Below, in pieces: positions 1-12,478 of a stretch of DNA of 64,000 nucleotides; the first letter of the stretch is position 1; every line of letters begins with the position of its first letter. The notes below the pieces were generated by a model, which was not told the origin of the DNA, did not search any database, and saw only the letters and a program-made list of their open reading frames with translations. Both the position numbers and the translations under genes were made by a program. This DNA comes from Amphiscolops sp. MND2022 (taxonomy: Eukaryota), in assembly GCA_964187785.1 (NCBI GenBank), contig OZ076411.1, positions 62,000,001 through 62,064,000 on the forward strand, written 5' to 3'.

Positions 1-1374
1 CGAAAAACGGCTAATTTGGCATTTTTAGGGCTGTTTTTAACGTTTGTTGGCTCATTTCTCAAAAACTACTGAACATTATTTATTTTCCATTTAGCACAAG
101 TTAGGATATTCATTTATCTTTAAATTAAGCTATATCCGAACATTTTTTGACAATTGTAGCGATCACACAAAAATTTTAAACGAAACTCAATTTTGGAAAA
201 TCGTCAAAATTTGTACGCACTTATTTTCGAAGCTTCCCCCCAATATGTTCTCGTCATCGCACGGGGCTCATATTCTTAACTTAAGCTCGCCTTTGGACGG
301 GCTGTCGAATGCTGAAAACCGTTTGTTGATATCTTTTTCCATCTTCGAGGAATCGCGTTTTGATTTTTAATTTGCATTAAGAGAGTGTGTGTGCGGCGGC
401 CTTTTTCTTATTAGCTATGTGTACAGCCACTCACAGCGCGTTCTTAATTTCATTCCTTTCGCTTTCTGACACGCTTTGTTCAGTTGCATTCATATGCTCA
501 TAACACACACTGCGAAGTTTCACTCTCGCTTACCCTCAAACACATGTATTAACATAGTAATTTGACTAAATCTCTTCACAGTCAACGATGACTTTAGGTT
601 CAATTTTTGTGGGAATACGTTGGTTTAAAGTTCTTAAATGTTTACTCAACACGTAGTCAGGTCAAACAGGAACATTTCGGTGGTTTAATTTTTCTTGTAT
701 TAGCAACAGCTGCCGAGAAATTCGATGTCAAAGTTTCTTTTCGATTAGAATTTTCATACATAGTTCTGAGTGGTAGCGGCCGTATTACTGCATTAATACG
801 TTGCGCGGTCGCTTCATTGTAGCTAAGAATAGTTATTTTGGTTGTCAACGGGACGGAATACAATAGTATTGACATTAAACAACAATGCTAGGTACTTGAA
901 GTACTTGTTGTAATCTTTAATTTCATAGATATCACACCCGGATCATCTACCTTGCTGAGGGCATAAAATTTAATAAACACCATAACATGAGCGAAAAGTC
1001 AAAAATCCTACATTTGAGTGAAAAACTACTTTGAGCGCAAAACTTTTCAAACTTTATTCAATTTAAACACTCGTGTGTAAAATTTCTCTCACACAATTGT
1101 AGGCATAATTATCTGTTCAAGCCGCTTTGTTAATGGTAAGCACGTTAGTAAAATCATGGAAGAAACGACTTTGTTAGAAGAGAAGAAATTTCGTGGTGGA
1201 AGAAAAACGCTGACGGGAGAAAAGGTTGCGCTATGTGTAAAACTTCCTCGGAAAATAATTTCATCGGTTGAAATGAACTGCTGAAAGGGCTGACTGGAAA
1301 CTTTTCACAATCGAAAATTTGGGCTCTGATGAAAAACTTTTTTAAATTTTTCTTTAAAAATATCTTTGAGGTAA

Positions 1375-1980
1375 TTTTAGTCGGCGCTTCATGAAGTGAA
1401 ACGCGACCATTGTAGTGACTCCTATTTTAATTTTTTTCCAATCCACACGAACTGACCAAAATAGTTCTAAATATAAGTTCTACGAAATTTTATGGTCCCA
1501 AACTGAATCATTTGGCCTAGCGAACTGAACCAAAAGGTTTATTCTCTTTTTCCGCGTAACATACCGTACCGGGAGGGACTAAAGGGTCCCCCTTTCAGTT
1601 TTTTTGGCCTTGTGAGACTTTTTTTTCGAAAAAAAATCCCAAAGGGTCCCCTTCAATTTTTTTGATGTTTTGCGACACAATGGATGTTGAAAACCCCAAA
1701 GAGTCCCCCTTTCTGTTTTTTCGGCATTGTGAGACTTTTGTGAAATTCTTTTTCACCAAATATCCCTTCATTTTCTTGATGTTTTGCAACAATGGATGTT
1801 AAAAAATGCGAAAGGGTCCCGCGCTAGGGGGCGCCTGGCGCGCCAGTTCGGTCGTTTGGGTTTTTCGTGAGTTTGATACTTTTTTGTGAGTTTGATACTT
1901 CGAGTTTTTTGAGACTTTCATGTCCTTTTGCTATTTTCGAACCTTCGATATGGCGCCGACTTATGCCGTTAACGGCTTGT
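1375..1980 (+). mobile_element. Helentron/DINE-1-like non-autonomous element (HINE-like), full copy
   Basis: 5' end TTTTAGTCGGCGCTTCATGAAGTGAAACGCGAC, internal AAAGGGTCCCCCTTT minisatellite-like repeats, 3' subTIR GGCGCCGACT then hairpin GCCGTTAACGGC and CTTGT. Same architecture recurs at 35.6, 43.0 and 47.4 kb. Confidence 0.65.
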
Positions 1981-2308
1981 AATCAATTATCCTCACTGCG
2001 GAACGAGTGTTTCTCAGCAAAACAAGAGTTTACGAAAGGTTGTTTGAAAAAATTACTTCCTTGAGAAACGTCTGACAGAAAATACGTGATTACTTTGCAA
2101 CCAATGGACCAAATTATCACACTTGTCAGTGAATTATTTCTGGCATAGAGTGATAAGAACATTTTTCAGAAAACTCTTTTGCAAATCAATTTTTTTCTCT
2201 CGAAAAGCAGAAAAATAAAAACAAACGTTTCGCCCTTCGTATTTATTGAGACAGATCTCAATATGCCATATGCCATATGAACCCAGTTAAAAAGGATATT
2301 ATACTAAA

Positions 2309-2552
2309 TGTTTCGTGTGGACTGTTAGTGTTTGCAAAATCCAACTTTTAGAATAGTTGTAATTCAATACTAGAAACAACAAAAGTGGGATTACCTGATA
2401 GTCTTTATAAATCGTCCAATGAGTAGAAGTAGAGTGACATACCACATTTGTCCACACTGTTTTACCGCATTCGAACTTATGAGTCATTAGTCAATTGTTC
2501 AAACAATCAAAGTTCAAGTTTGACTTCTGAGTAACATCAATGTTACGTAACA
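2309..2552 (-). repeat. 3' LTR of BEL/Pao element 1
   Basis: TGTTTCGTGTGG...GTTACGTAACA; about 15 mismatches over 244 bp (~6%) to the reconstituted 5' LTR by manual alignment. Confidence 0.92.
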
Positions 2553-5500
2553 CTCGGGAGCCCGCTATTGTTCTTCAATAGGTACCAAATTAGAGAATTT
2601 TTTACTGGTGTGGACACTGTTGTCTTCGCTCCATTTGCTTTGACGATCTCGACCTCGACATCACGGACCAACACGTCTCTTCCGGGGTAGCATTCTTCAA
2701 CTCTACCAATAGTCCAGTGACCTCTTAGTGCATTGATGTCTTCTACCAATACCACATCACCCTTTTGAACATTTCTCTGTTTCTTGGTCCACTTCAAGGG
2801 AGCCATGCTATACATGTACATCTGCCATCTCTTCCAGAATCCATTTGGCACATTTTCCGCCAAGCTTAGCCTGTGCCCAAGTTTATTTCGTTCTTCGGCT
2901 ATGACGATACCTCCGCCTGCTGACTTTCCCAGTAGCATCCCAGTTGGCGACAAATAGCAGCCATCATCGGGATGAGTAGGGTGTGTACCTATCGGCCGAG
3001 AATTGATCACAATGGCCGCCTCAAGCAAAACTGTTTATAATTCTAGAATCGAGAGTTTTTGTCTCCCCACAGCAAAGAACAAACTTTTCTTCACCGTTTT
3101 TATAAATGACTCTGCGCAGCTTTGTCTCCATGTTTCAGCCTCTCGTCTGGCGGTGACCCTAAAAAAAATTGTTGCACTGCCTCCTTGTTGTAGAGCCGAC
3201 AACCATAACAACCTCGAACAACTTTTTTCGAAAGCTTGGGCAGATTGATTACCCAGGCCGTTGCTCTCACCTTGCTTGTAGTTGCTGCAACAACCAAGTG
3301 CCCTTGATTGTGAGCATCCCGGACTAACAAGTCAGACAACGATGACTGCCTCAACAATGGCTCTACCGCACCAACCCTTGCTCCTATCACGATTTTATCA
3401 TTCTTGTTTTTGGCGGCACTCAAATTGCTGAATTTCCCTATCTAATAGTCGTTTTCAAGTACCTTCTGCTCGCACTGGAGTAACAAAGTCCAAGCTTTCT
3501 CTATACACTCTTTTGTTGGATTTTCAAAGATGCGATTCAAGGATTTTTTAGTTCCAAAAAACACCGCTTGCACTCTTGCCAACGTGCGTTTCAATGTTCT
3601 CACGCTGGTAAACCTCTTTGCATCCACAACCTCGCACTGTAATTGTAAAACATTTGTTAATGTTGTAGTTTGGGTAAATCTTCTATTCGGTATTGCCGTT
3701 GCTGTAAAGCCCACTCTTGCACTGGCCATAGCTAAAATCCTTGACGTTGCTGCCATTCGGAGTGTTCTAACAATTTATCGGGTGTGGAACTTCTAGAAAG
3801 TAGATCCGCTATGTTCTTTCCTCCTGCAATCCAGTAGAAGTCGCGAGGATCTTCAGTGGTCTGTATTTCACCAACGCGTGTTGAATCCATAGGAATCCTT
3901 TTGTTCATACAATTTCGGAGTAGACAACGTACCTGATCTTTGCAAACGCCCACCTGCTATGTTCGCAAAGAAACCTGTTCAATTTATAAGAGCTCCAGAA
4001 AGTTCCAAGCGTACCATTGACACCCTTTTTTTCGGTGCCAGTCTACTTTTAGCGGGCAACAACCTAGCTGAACCTTTGCCAGCTTTGTCAAGCCATACAA
4101 CGTACGCACAAGCACCGAAAGCTACATGTGATGCATCACTGAATAACACTAGAGTTGGTGACCCAACTGCTGTGACTCTAGATCTGGCGCAACGCTTAAT
4201 CTCAACCTTTAGCAATTGAAACAGTTCTTTGAAAAAAACTAACCAAGATGCACTAACATCAGCCGCGAGGTTATCGTCCCAAGCGAGCTCTTAGTCAGCT
4301 TCCCAGGTTTCGCGCATCAACAGTTTACCTTTCAAGATGAACGGTGCAACCAAACCCAAAAGATCAAACATTGAATTCATTTGACACAGTATTTGACGTC
4401 GTGTTAAGCAAGTCGGAGCTTCTGACTCTAATTTCTCCAATGTTCTCAAAACCAACTTTTTACCTTTTTTACCGGGTTCTTTAATTTTCACTTCGGACGT
4501 GTACTTCAAAACATCTTTACCATTGTCCCATACCATGCCCAAAACCTTCTGATCCTCAGTACTACCCATCAATGGTACTTCACCGTCGCTGTCACCTGAA
4601 AAACCCATTTTTTAACAAGGAATGAACCTTTCTGGAGTATATCATCAATTTATGATGTCTGTTTTTCAGCATCGCCTATGGTATTCACGCTGCTGATGAT
4701 ATCATTCATATACGTTGACGTATAAAATACTGCGATTGCCACTGATAGGTCATTTGTTGCCAAGTCTGCAGTTTTCCGCAGAGCCAGCTGAACGATGGTA
4801 GCTGCAGGTTTGTCTCCGAAGGACACCACTTCCATCATGTAGTCTTCTGGTTTTTTCTCTGGATTCAGATCTCTCCACACAAATCTATGCGTTTGTTGAT
4901 CAGGCATTGTAATCTTTACAGTATAATACATTTTCCGTATGTCTCCGATATAACCCACTTCCTTTTCTCTAAACTTGATCAGTACGTCCATCAAATTGTT
5001 CAAATGTCGGGTCCTTTTGCACATTAATTATTCAAACTATGTCCGCAATAGTTTGCAGACGCATTGAAAACAATTCTGCATGCAGTTGTTGAAGATTCCT
5101 CCTTTAGAACCTCATGAGGAGTGATATAGTGTACTAGCCCATCGTAGTTCAGGTCATTTTGGTCGAGTTTTTGAGCCACCTGTCTGTGTAGCATGTCCTG
5201 CATTTGTTCTTGATACACTTTTGCATGCTCTGGGTTTTTCAAAAGTCTTTTCTCGGTCCCGATCAAAAGCCTTTCCGCAAAAGATTTAATGTTAGGAAGG
5301 TACTTACGATCTTTGGCCCAAGGATAAGCTGCTGTCCATACACCATCTTTCAGTTTTAAACCTTTGTCAATCAGTTCCATCTCCTTCTGATCTTTAATTG
5401 AGAATTCCGCTGTACCTAGAGGACAATTGCCACATTTACAGTTTCAGCACTTCGGTGTGCAAGATTCTCCCATGTTTTCAGTTCGGAAAAAACTCGACAA

Positions 5501-7500
5501 GTTGACTTTCGTTAAACGTAAGTTGACCTTTGGAAACCTATCGCAATGTCCATCTGACAAGGTGCCTCCAACACAGAAACCAAAAACGTTTTTAAAAAGA
5601 ACCAAACTACATTGTGATTTCACTGGTACAGGATGGATGATACTGAGCTACATTTAATCCAAATAGCAGTTGAAGTTTACCTGAAACTTCCTCGTCCTCG
5701 GCAAATTTTTCCGGAAAGTGTATAACATTACATGCCAAGTTGTAGAAATACTTTGAAATTTCAGGAACACCGACCACACGCTTCAAAGCCTACTGTGTTA
5801 CCACATTTGTCCTTGACATGAACCTGATACAGTTTGGTTTCTATTTTAGACACACTACCGAGAGTTTCTATCATCACGGAGACGGGCCGACCAGGCAGCC
5901 GTAAATTTTCGACGGTAGAATTCAAAATGAGAGAAACAGTGGAAGTCGAGTCCCATAGAGCTAACACTGTGTCTGCTACTGTTTTGCTCTCTAACGTTAC
6001 TGGCATAATCTGTAGAAATGTGGAATCGTTGAAGGAAGTTGATTGACGACCTAAATTACAATTCACTGACATTTGCCGAAAAGCATCGTGCAAAAGCTTG
6101 TGATGGTTTTTGCCACACTCTTTCTTTGGACACGCTGCTTTACTCCGGCAATTTCTGGCACTATGTCCTATCATCAGGCAGTTGAAACGAGCTTTTTTTC
6201 ATCAACTACAGCGCTTCTGTCGTTAACAGTCCTTTGCAAAAACAATCGACAATCTTCTGTGTTGTGTACACCTGTGCTATGAAGTAAACAAGTTGTTGTT
6301 GTTGTTTTTATTGGTCGACACCCTCTGTCTTTATCCTGTTTGCGAGCCAAGTTAATCTTAGCGTTTAGGTTTGGTTCTGACGTACTATCCAGTTCGTCCT
6401 CATTGTATTCTAAAATCATCTTCCGTTCTAACAAAAATGCCAGCAGATCCGAAACTTTATTCAGTTAGTCAACTTTGCTGTTTTGTTCATATATGCGCTC
6501 TATCCATTTCAATTTCAAATCATTCGGTAGTTTTCTTTCGATGATATTGTCTATCGTAGTGTTTTGTAATTCTGAATCTAAAAATTTCATTTCCAAGTTA
6601 ACTTTTTCCAAGGCATCGATGAATTGTAACAAACGTTTGTGTTCGTTATCTTTAATCTGTTTGAAAATTTTGACATCTGTAGGTATTATGTCAACCATTT
6701 TTCCTTCATCAACATACTTTTCGTCTAACCTTTTCCACATGTCAACAAAATTGTCCATGTTCCTAACCCAAGTTTTTGCAACTTCAGGCAGCGCGTTTCT
6801 AAGTGTATAACATTCAGTTATGTCCTCGGTTATGAAGGGCACTACTTGCGACTGAAAATCTTTTGAACTGAAGCCAGTCCCTGGTTTTTCCATTAAAAAC
6901 GAAACTTTATTTTCTCCAGATGAGTAGATGGATGTTTAGCTGTCGTAAGACTTTTCGTTTCATTTCCTTGTATGACGTTTACTTTCTGGTAAAATTTCAC
7001 ATTGAAATTTTCCTCTAAATCAATAAACGGCACTCTTATGGTCATTTCCAACTCGTTCGTCTCGGTATGTTGAGCCGTAAGGTTGAACAGATGCGAAACT
7101 TTTTCTCTTTGGAGTTCAAAATCACGTTTATTATCCCTTAAAGTTTTTTCACATGTTAATACTGCATCTGTAAAGCTCGGAGCAAAAATTTGCAGTCAAT
7201 TCATTTCCATTTCGTAGCTTAAACAAAGTGTAGTCATTTGAATTTTTGCATTTTCGATACTTTGCTTCCCTTTCTCCGTAAGTTCATCTTGGATTTTCTT
7301 TTGCTCTAGGTTACTTTGTTCTCCTTTAGCTTTTTTCTTGAACTGTAATCTTTGCGAGCGTAATCTATGGAAAAGCAATTCATTCTCATCGATGAAAGGA
7401 AAATCCTCTTCACTAGCATCAGTTTTTTGAAGAACAAGTTTTTCGTGTTTTTCACCTCAATCATTCCAGGACTTGAATAGTTCTTGGAACAACACATCGT
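2543..7500 (-). pseudogene. BEL/Pao gag-pol polyprotein remnants (many stops and frameshifts)
   Basis: Gag (WKRLDEKY, ERKLPNDLKLKW), Cys-His knuckle (HSARNCRSKAACPKKECGKNHHKLLH), protease (ALWDSTS), RT (IVFNASA, KFRE, DIRKMY, FGDKP, YMND), RNase H (FSDAS, NIADLLSR), integrase (H..H..C..C, INSRPI, FWKRW, WTIGRV). Sequence jumps from QFFLGSPPDERL to AESFIKTVKK near 3150, so most of the integrase core appears deleted. Confidence 0.92.
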
Positions 7501-7709
7501 GTTTCTCGTTATCTAATTCGTTACTTGACAGGAAGGTTTCATAGGGACTAGCTGCTTTTTTGAAGTTCCTCAGGGCACGACTCCTCAGGGCACGATCTTT
7601 CCAAAGACGTTTGAGAAGCCCCTTCCATTCTGTTTTCGTGCAGTTGCTTTTTGTGTATTGAATGTTTCGTGTGGACTGCTACTGTTTGCGAAATCCAACT
7701 TTCAGAATA

Positions 7710-8979
7710 TACTGCTGAGCAAAAATATGCACTTGAATATCAAATACCAGACTTAAGTATAAAAAATACAATAATATCGATAAACTGAGTCCTATAGCTG
7801 GTCGGTCCACATCTTTTTCGGATAGATTGCATAATTCGTTTTGGCATGGAATCAATAAGCTTTCTTATTGATCTTTTTGCGTAGGTTAGCCAACGATAGT
7901 TTAGCACGTCTTTAAGCTCGGTTGTATTTCTGGGCATTGGTTCCGTTTTTCGCAAGGACTGTTTAAGTTGATCCCATACATGCTCATTGGGCGACAAATC
8001 AGGCGAAGTTGGTGGCCAGGGAAGGGTGCGTATATCGTTTTGTGCCAAGAATTGGTTGGTGATCTCAGCAGAATGCGCAGACGCATTATCCTCTTGGAAG
8101 ATCCAAACTTCTGGGTAGGAATGCAAGAACGGGACTACTTCGGGTACTAGGACCTCGTCAATGCGACTATCGATGTGACTATCGTTGAGCGGTTATTGGA
8201 CCTTCTATAAAAACTAAATTGGTACGGTAGTTTTAAGGAACTCCGGCCCAAACCATTATTCCTCCGATTTTCCAGCGATCAAATTGCAGTTGATTTCTTT
8301 TTGCATATCGGTTTTGGGTTGACGATAGATTTTGGGCCGACCAACATGCTGGTGCAAGCAAAACCTACTCTCATCTGATCATAAGATTTGTTTCCATTGA
8401 TTCCAGCTTCTAGTTTTGTCTGCAAAAATGCGTCGCATTCTTTTGTTTTGTTAACTAATTACTGGCACTTTGTGGGGTTTTCTGCATTGTAGACCATACT
8501 TTTTGAGTATTCTGTCAACAGTAAACCTGCTTACAGCCCATTGGTCGCCGGACTCAACTGCTGTCAAATATGGGTTTTCTTTATGTTTTCTAATAATTCG
8601 TCTTTCGCTTCGCACTGAGAAAATCTTTGGTCGTCCCGGTCTGTGCCTATCTCGGACTGATCCGGTTGATAAATAGCGCTGCCAACTGTTCTTAGCTGTT
8701 CGTTTTTGACATCCGTATTTGGCAGAAGCTTGGCCAAAAGTTGAACCAAACTTAATTGCACCGATCATTTCGCTTCTTTTTTTCACACGCATAACTGACC
8801 ATTTTTCGTGACTGCAACTTTAAAACGTGATAAAGTTTGTGAATTGAATTCAAAATCTTCATGGTGGCGTTTTTTAGTGTGGTGGCGTTTTTTTTGGTGG
8901 CGACAGTCCAGAGTTTTTCAGCTTCCTCTTTTAGCCTTTTCAAAATTTTGCTTCAAGCGCATATTTATGCTCACCAGTG
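7710..8979 (-). mobile_element. Tc1-family DNA transposon (1270 bp)
   Basis: 28-bp imperfect TIRs TACTGCTGAGCAAAAATATGCACTTGAA / TTCAAGCGCATATTTATGCTCACCAGTG, flanked by a TA TSD at 7708-7709 and 8980-8981. Confidence 0.95.
7790..8792 (-). pseudogene. Tc1 transposase (DD34E), inactivated
   Basis: HTH region with GRPK, IL*SDESRF (W to stop), GGIMVWAG in a shifted frame, and FQEDNASAH...SPDLSPNEHVW with exactly 34 residues between D and E. Confidence 0.93.
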
Positions 8980-9988
8980 TAGTTGTAATTCAAAACTAGA
9001 AACAACAAAAGAAGGATTACCTGATAGTCTTTATAAATCGTCCAATGAGTAGAAGTAGAGTTCAGTACCACATTTGTCCACACTGTTTTACCGCATTAAA
9101 ACTTATGAGTCATTAGTCAATTGTTCAAACAATCAAAGTTCAAGTTTGACTTCTGATTAACATCATTGTTACGTAACACAAATGAAGATTTGATTCGTAC
9201 TCGTGATTGAGAAAGAAATGTCTAATCTGCTTATTTCCATTTTCAACCCTCGGCGAAAATTGCCACCCCATTTAGTCACAAAACTGATGTCACGTGACTT
9301 GATTACGCAGAACCTATTCGGTGAAGTATGTGTGATGCAACATTTGTAGTTGGTACAGCCAATTTCTAAGAAGTGCAGTTAAACTCAATCAACCTACCTC
9401 ATCTCCGTGTTTTTCAAGAGGTTTGGCCACATCGCAAGCTTATGCGAAAAAGACACATACGGGCATTGCAAGCATTAGTAACTTGTGCAATAATTACATT
9501 TTTCTCACAGAATTCTTTTCGTCCCAAACGTGATTTACATACATCGAAAAACAAAATAATGTGATAGAAAAATCGTTAATTATGGAGTACTTCAATCAAA
9601 ACTTAGTTCATTGATGCTTGAATTACATGTTAAGTTTGTAAGTTTGGGTATAAAATTCCCTTTGCATGGATTATTGGTTTTTGCTTTAAATGCTAAACAA
9701 ACCAGGAGCAACATAAGTCAGCGCCCCACTTGAAACTCAAAAAGAGAAGAAGTATTTCCAAGTCAAAGAATTTTTAAAAGAAAATTCTAATCTCATAGTG
9801 CCGAAAATTACCCAAGGGAGCCCTTTGGGTTTAAAAGTTTCAAAAACCCCTCCAGAATTACATCAAAATGTGAGTTTGCTTCAGAAACATCAAAGAACCA
9901 AACGAGAACCCTTTCGCCAATTTTCCCAAGAAAATCACAGTGACGGAAAAAGCTTTTGGTCTCAAAAACATTTTACCGTCCAAATATC

Positions 9989-10563
9989 AACAAGCAGGGA
10001 ACGGCCCAAGTCGGCGCTCAAGGTTTAAAAAAGTAAAGTTTTTTACATATGCAAAAGTACACTTTTGTTGAAATTTTATGAATTTTACAGTGCCAAATTA
10101 TACATCAAGGGGTACCCATGAGATTCGAAAACCACTTTTCCCACAACTGGAGACAACAAAACCTCCCAAAAACCAAAAATTGAGGAAACAATTTTTAGGA
10201 AATTTTCTTCGAATTTTTTTTGAAGTCTCCGGTAAGTCGCATAGTGCCGAAAAATGTAAAAGGGGGACCCTTTGGTAATTTTTTTAACATCAAACTGTTG
10301 CAAAATATCAAAACATTGGAGGGGACACTTGGGAGACATTTAAAAATTTTAGTCAAGGGCGAGACTCGAACCCATGTCCTTCTGCTTCGCAGACTTCAAA
10401 AAATCCTGATAAACCTCTATGCCAAGTGGCAGAAGTTACAAGTTTTGTGTGGCAGTTAGTGGAAGCAACAGCTAATAAAGCTCATTAAGTCTGTCACCTG
10501 GTTGGTCTTTAAAAAAACCAAGTGCTACAGTCTGCGTTTTCCGCGAAAAGCGCCGACTAAAAA
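9989..10563 (-). mobile_element. HINE-like element carrying a tRNA-like module
   Basis: Reverse-complement termini AACAAGCAGGGAACGGCCCAAGTCGGCGC and GCGCCGACTAAAAA; A/B-box module at 10357-10431. Confidence 0.6.
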
Positions 10564-11704
10564 CCAAAGCGTGAATCCTTTTGGTAAATTGATTTTTTAG
10601 TGGCACAGTTCCAAAAATAACATCAAACTACTTCTCAATCTCAGCCCGACAACGTGTCAAAATATGAATGACATACACATGAATTTGAAAAGTGAAAGCG
10701 CATTCTTTGGACATTCTTGTGACGAGGAAAAATCGCCTTCTTCAGGCGTCTTGCTTCCACAAAAACACAGACAGCGAAATCGTCATCCATTTCCTATTTG
10801 TTGCTTAAAGCAAAAACAAAGGATCCCTTGAGTGGCTTAGTTCATGTGTTTTGCGAGCGAGCGTGCTAAACTTGGACTCAGTTGTTCCGTCAGTCGTTAG
10901 TTACAGCCCTCACGATACACGAAAATAATTTGTCCAGCAGCGGTTTTCAAGCCTCCTGTGATAAGCACCCTCGACTCTTTGGTTGCTACGTGTTGAGCTA
11001 CCTTGTTCAGAGGGTTCAAGTTGTGGACAAAACACCTGTGGTTGGGACAATTTATAACGCACTCCCTTACTATGGTTCGGAACCAGTAAAATTGTAGAGT
11101 CCATCGTGAAAGTAGAACGTTGCATGTCCAGTTTATCAAGAAAAGTTCCGTAATCATGTTAAAGTGCCCGGAACCAATGTTTATCCGGAGCAATGTTGTT
11201 TACTCAATAATTTGTTCGGGGTATTATGCCCTGCATGTTCGCCGGACAAGCCAATATCTTACGGGTCTAGAGGGGCACTCCAGCCCGAGAAAAGTTTATA
11301 TATATACATATGAGAGTTGTGGCATTTCGAGTACTGAGATATACCGACAGTCCAGAGTTGTTGATTCTGCTAACTCCGTGGATTCGTTGCGGACACTTGA
11401 GGCCCTCCACAGCAGGGATTTGCAACAGCAGATGAATACTCAAGATGAGTTTAGATTCAGAACCCTGATGCTCAGACTGACCTAATTGGAGACGACTGTA
11501 TTTTGGTTTGTTGAAATTTAATTCTGTATCTAAATTGTTAAATTTGAAGTATCAATATATCACGTATTTCGGATTCAGTTGAAGAAAAAATTTCCGTTTC
11601 TGATCTTCGTTTTCTCTTGAATACGAATGGGTAGACACCTTCCAATCAATAGGGAGTTCTGTAGAAATTTTGTAGAATTTGTATGTTTCATCAGCCGGAT
11701 TGAA

Positions 11705-12026
11705 AACAAGCCGGGAACGGCCCAAGTCGGCGCCATATCTAAGGCTCAAAAATAGCAAAAGGACTTCAAAGTATTAAGTATTCTCTTCTACAGTGCCAGA
11801 ATGAGGAAAAAAGTTTTCCGAATTTGTTTGAAGTCTCCGGTAAGTCGCATAGTGCCGAAAAATATAGAAGTTACATTAATGTAGAATGGCGGTAGAAGTC
11901 ACATTAGTGTGGCAGTTAGTGGAAGCCAGCTTATAAAGCTTATAAAATGTGTTACTTCGTTGGTCCTAAAAAAGAAAAGTCGCTGCTATAATCTCCGTTT
12001 TTCTACGCAAAGCGCCGACTAAAAAA
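11705..12026 (-). mobile_element. HINE-like element, short copy
   Basis: AACAAGCCGGGAACGGCCCAAGTCGGCGCCATATCTAAGGCTC at the left end and GCGCCGACTAAAAAA at the right end. Confidence 0.6.
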
Positions 12027-12478
12027 CGGCGAAAAGTTACTATATTAGTCGGGCCGACTAAAAAGGGTTGATTCGACTAAAAAGGAAAATGCAAATGACC
12101 TGTTCTACGATTTTTCAAGCAGCACAATCTCAAAATTGAGGGAAAGTAACCGAGCAAGAAAATAATAAGTTTTAATCCACTGAAAAGGGAAAAAGTCGGA
12201 GATCTTATCAAACTTCCATTTCAATACATACGAACGTAATTTTTGATATCTCCTGAAACTTAGATTAAAGAACCTTGCAAAAACTGACTTACATTCTGAT
12301 TGAAATAGCTAAACTGTCATTTGGAAACTTTTTCGAAGACTATTTTGGACAGATCTATCCTCCGAAATTTTTGTCGCAAATCATTGTGCCAAACATTTCT
12401 CACACTTCGGTATATTAGTACCTTATATATCATTCGGTTCAATAAAGAGGATTTTTAAGTGACAATTTATATGAAGAG

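Larger units (their letters stand above)
2309..9178 (-). mobile_element. Decayed BEL/Pao LTR retrotransposon (element 1)
   Basis: 244-bp LTRs with TG...CA ends at 2309-2552 and 7663-9178 (the latter split by a Tc1). Internal ORF remnants in gag-PR-RT-RH-IN order on the minus strand. No convincing TSD (CTAAA vs CAAAT) and no clear PBS. Confidence 0.93.
7663..9178 (-). repeat. 5' LTR of BEL/Pao element 1, split into 7663-7709 and 8980-9178 by a Tc1 insertion
   Basis: 7663-7709 matches LTR 2309-2355 and 8980-9178 matches the remainder; the TA at the break is duplicated. Confidence 0.92.

Noticed and set aside
1580-1800. Regularly recurring AAAGGGTCCCCCTT motifs (also 39950-40170, 47590-47780) resembling a CRISPR-like array
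   Set aside because: Eukaryotic context, spacers are similar to one another, no cas genes; they are internal repeats of the HINE-like family.
2304-9183. TSD for BEL/Pao element 1
   Set aside because: Flanks CTAAA and CAAAT do not match as a 4-6 bp duplication.
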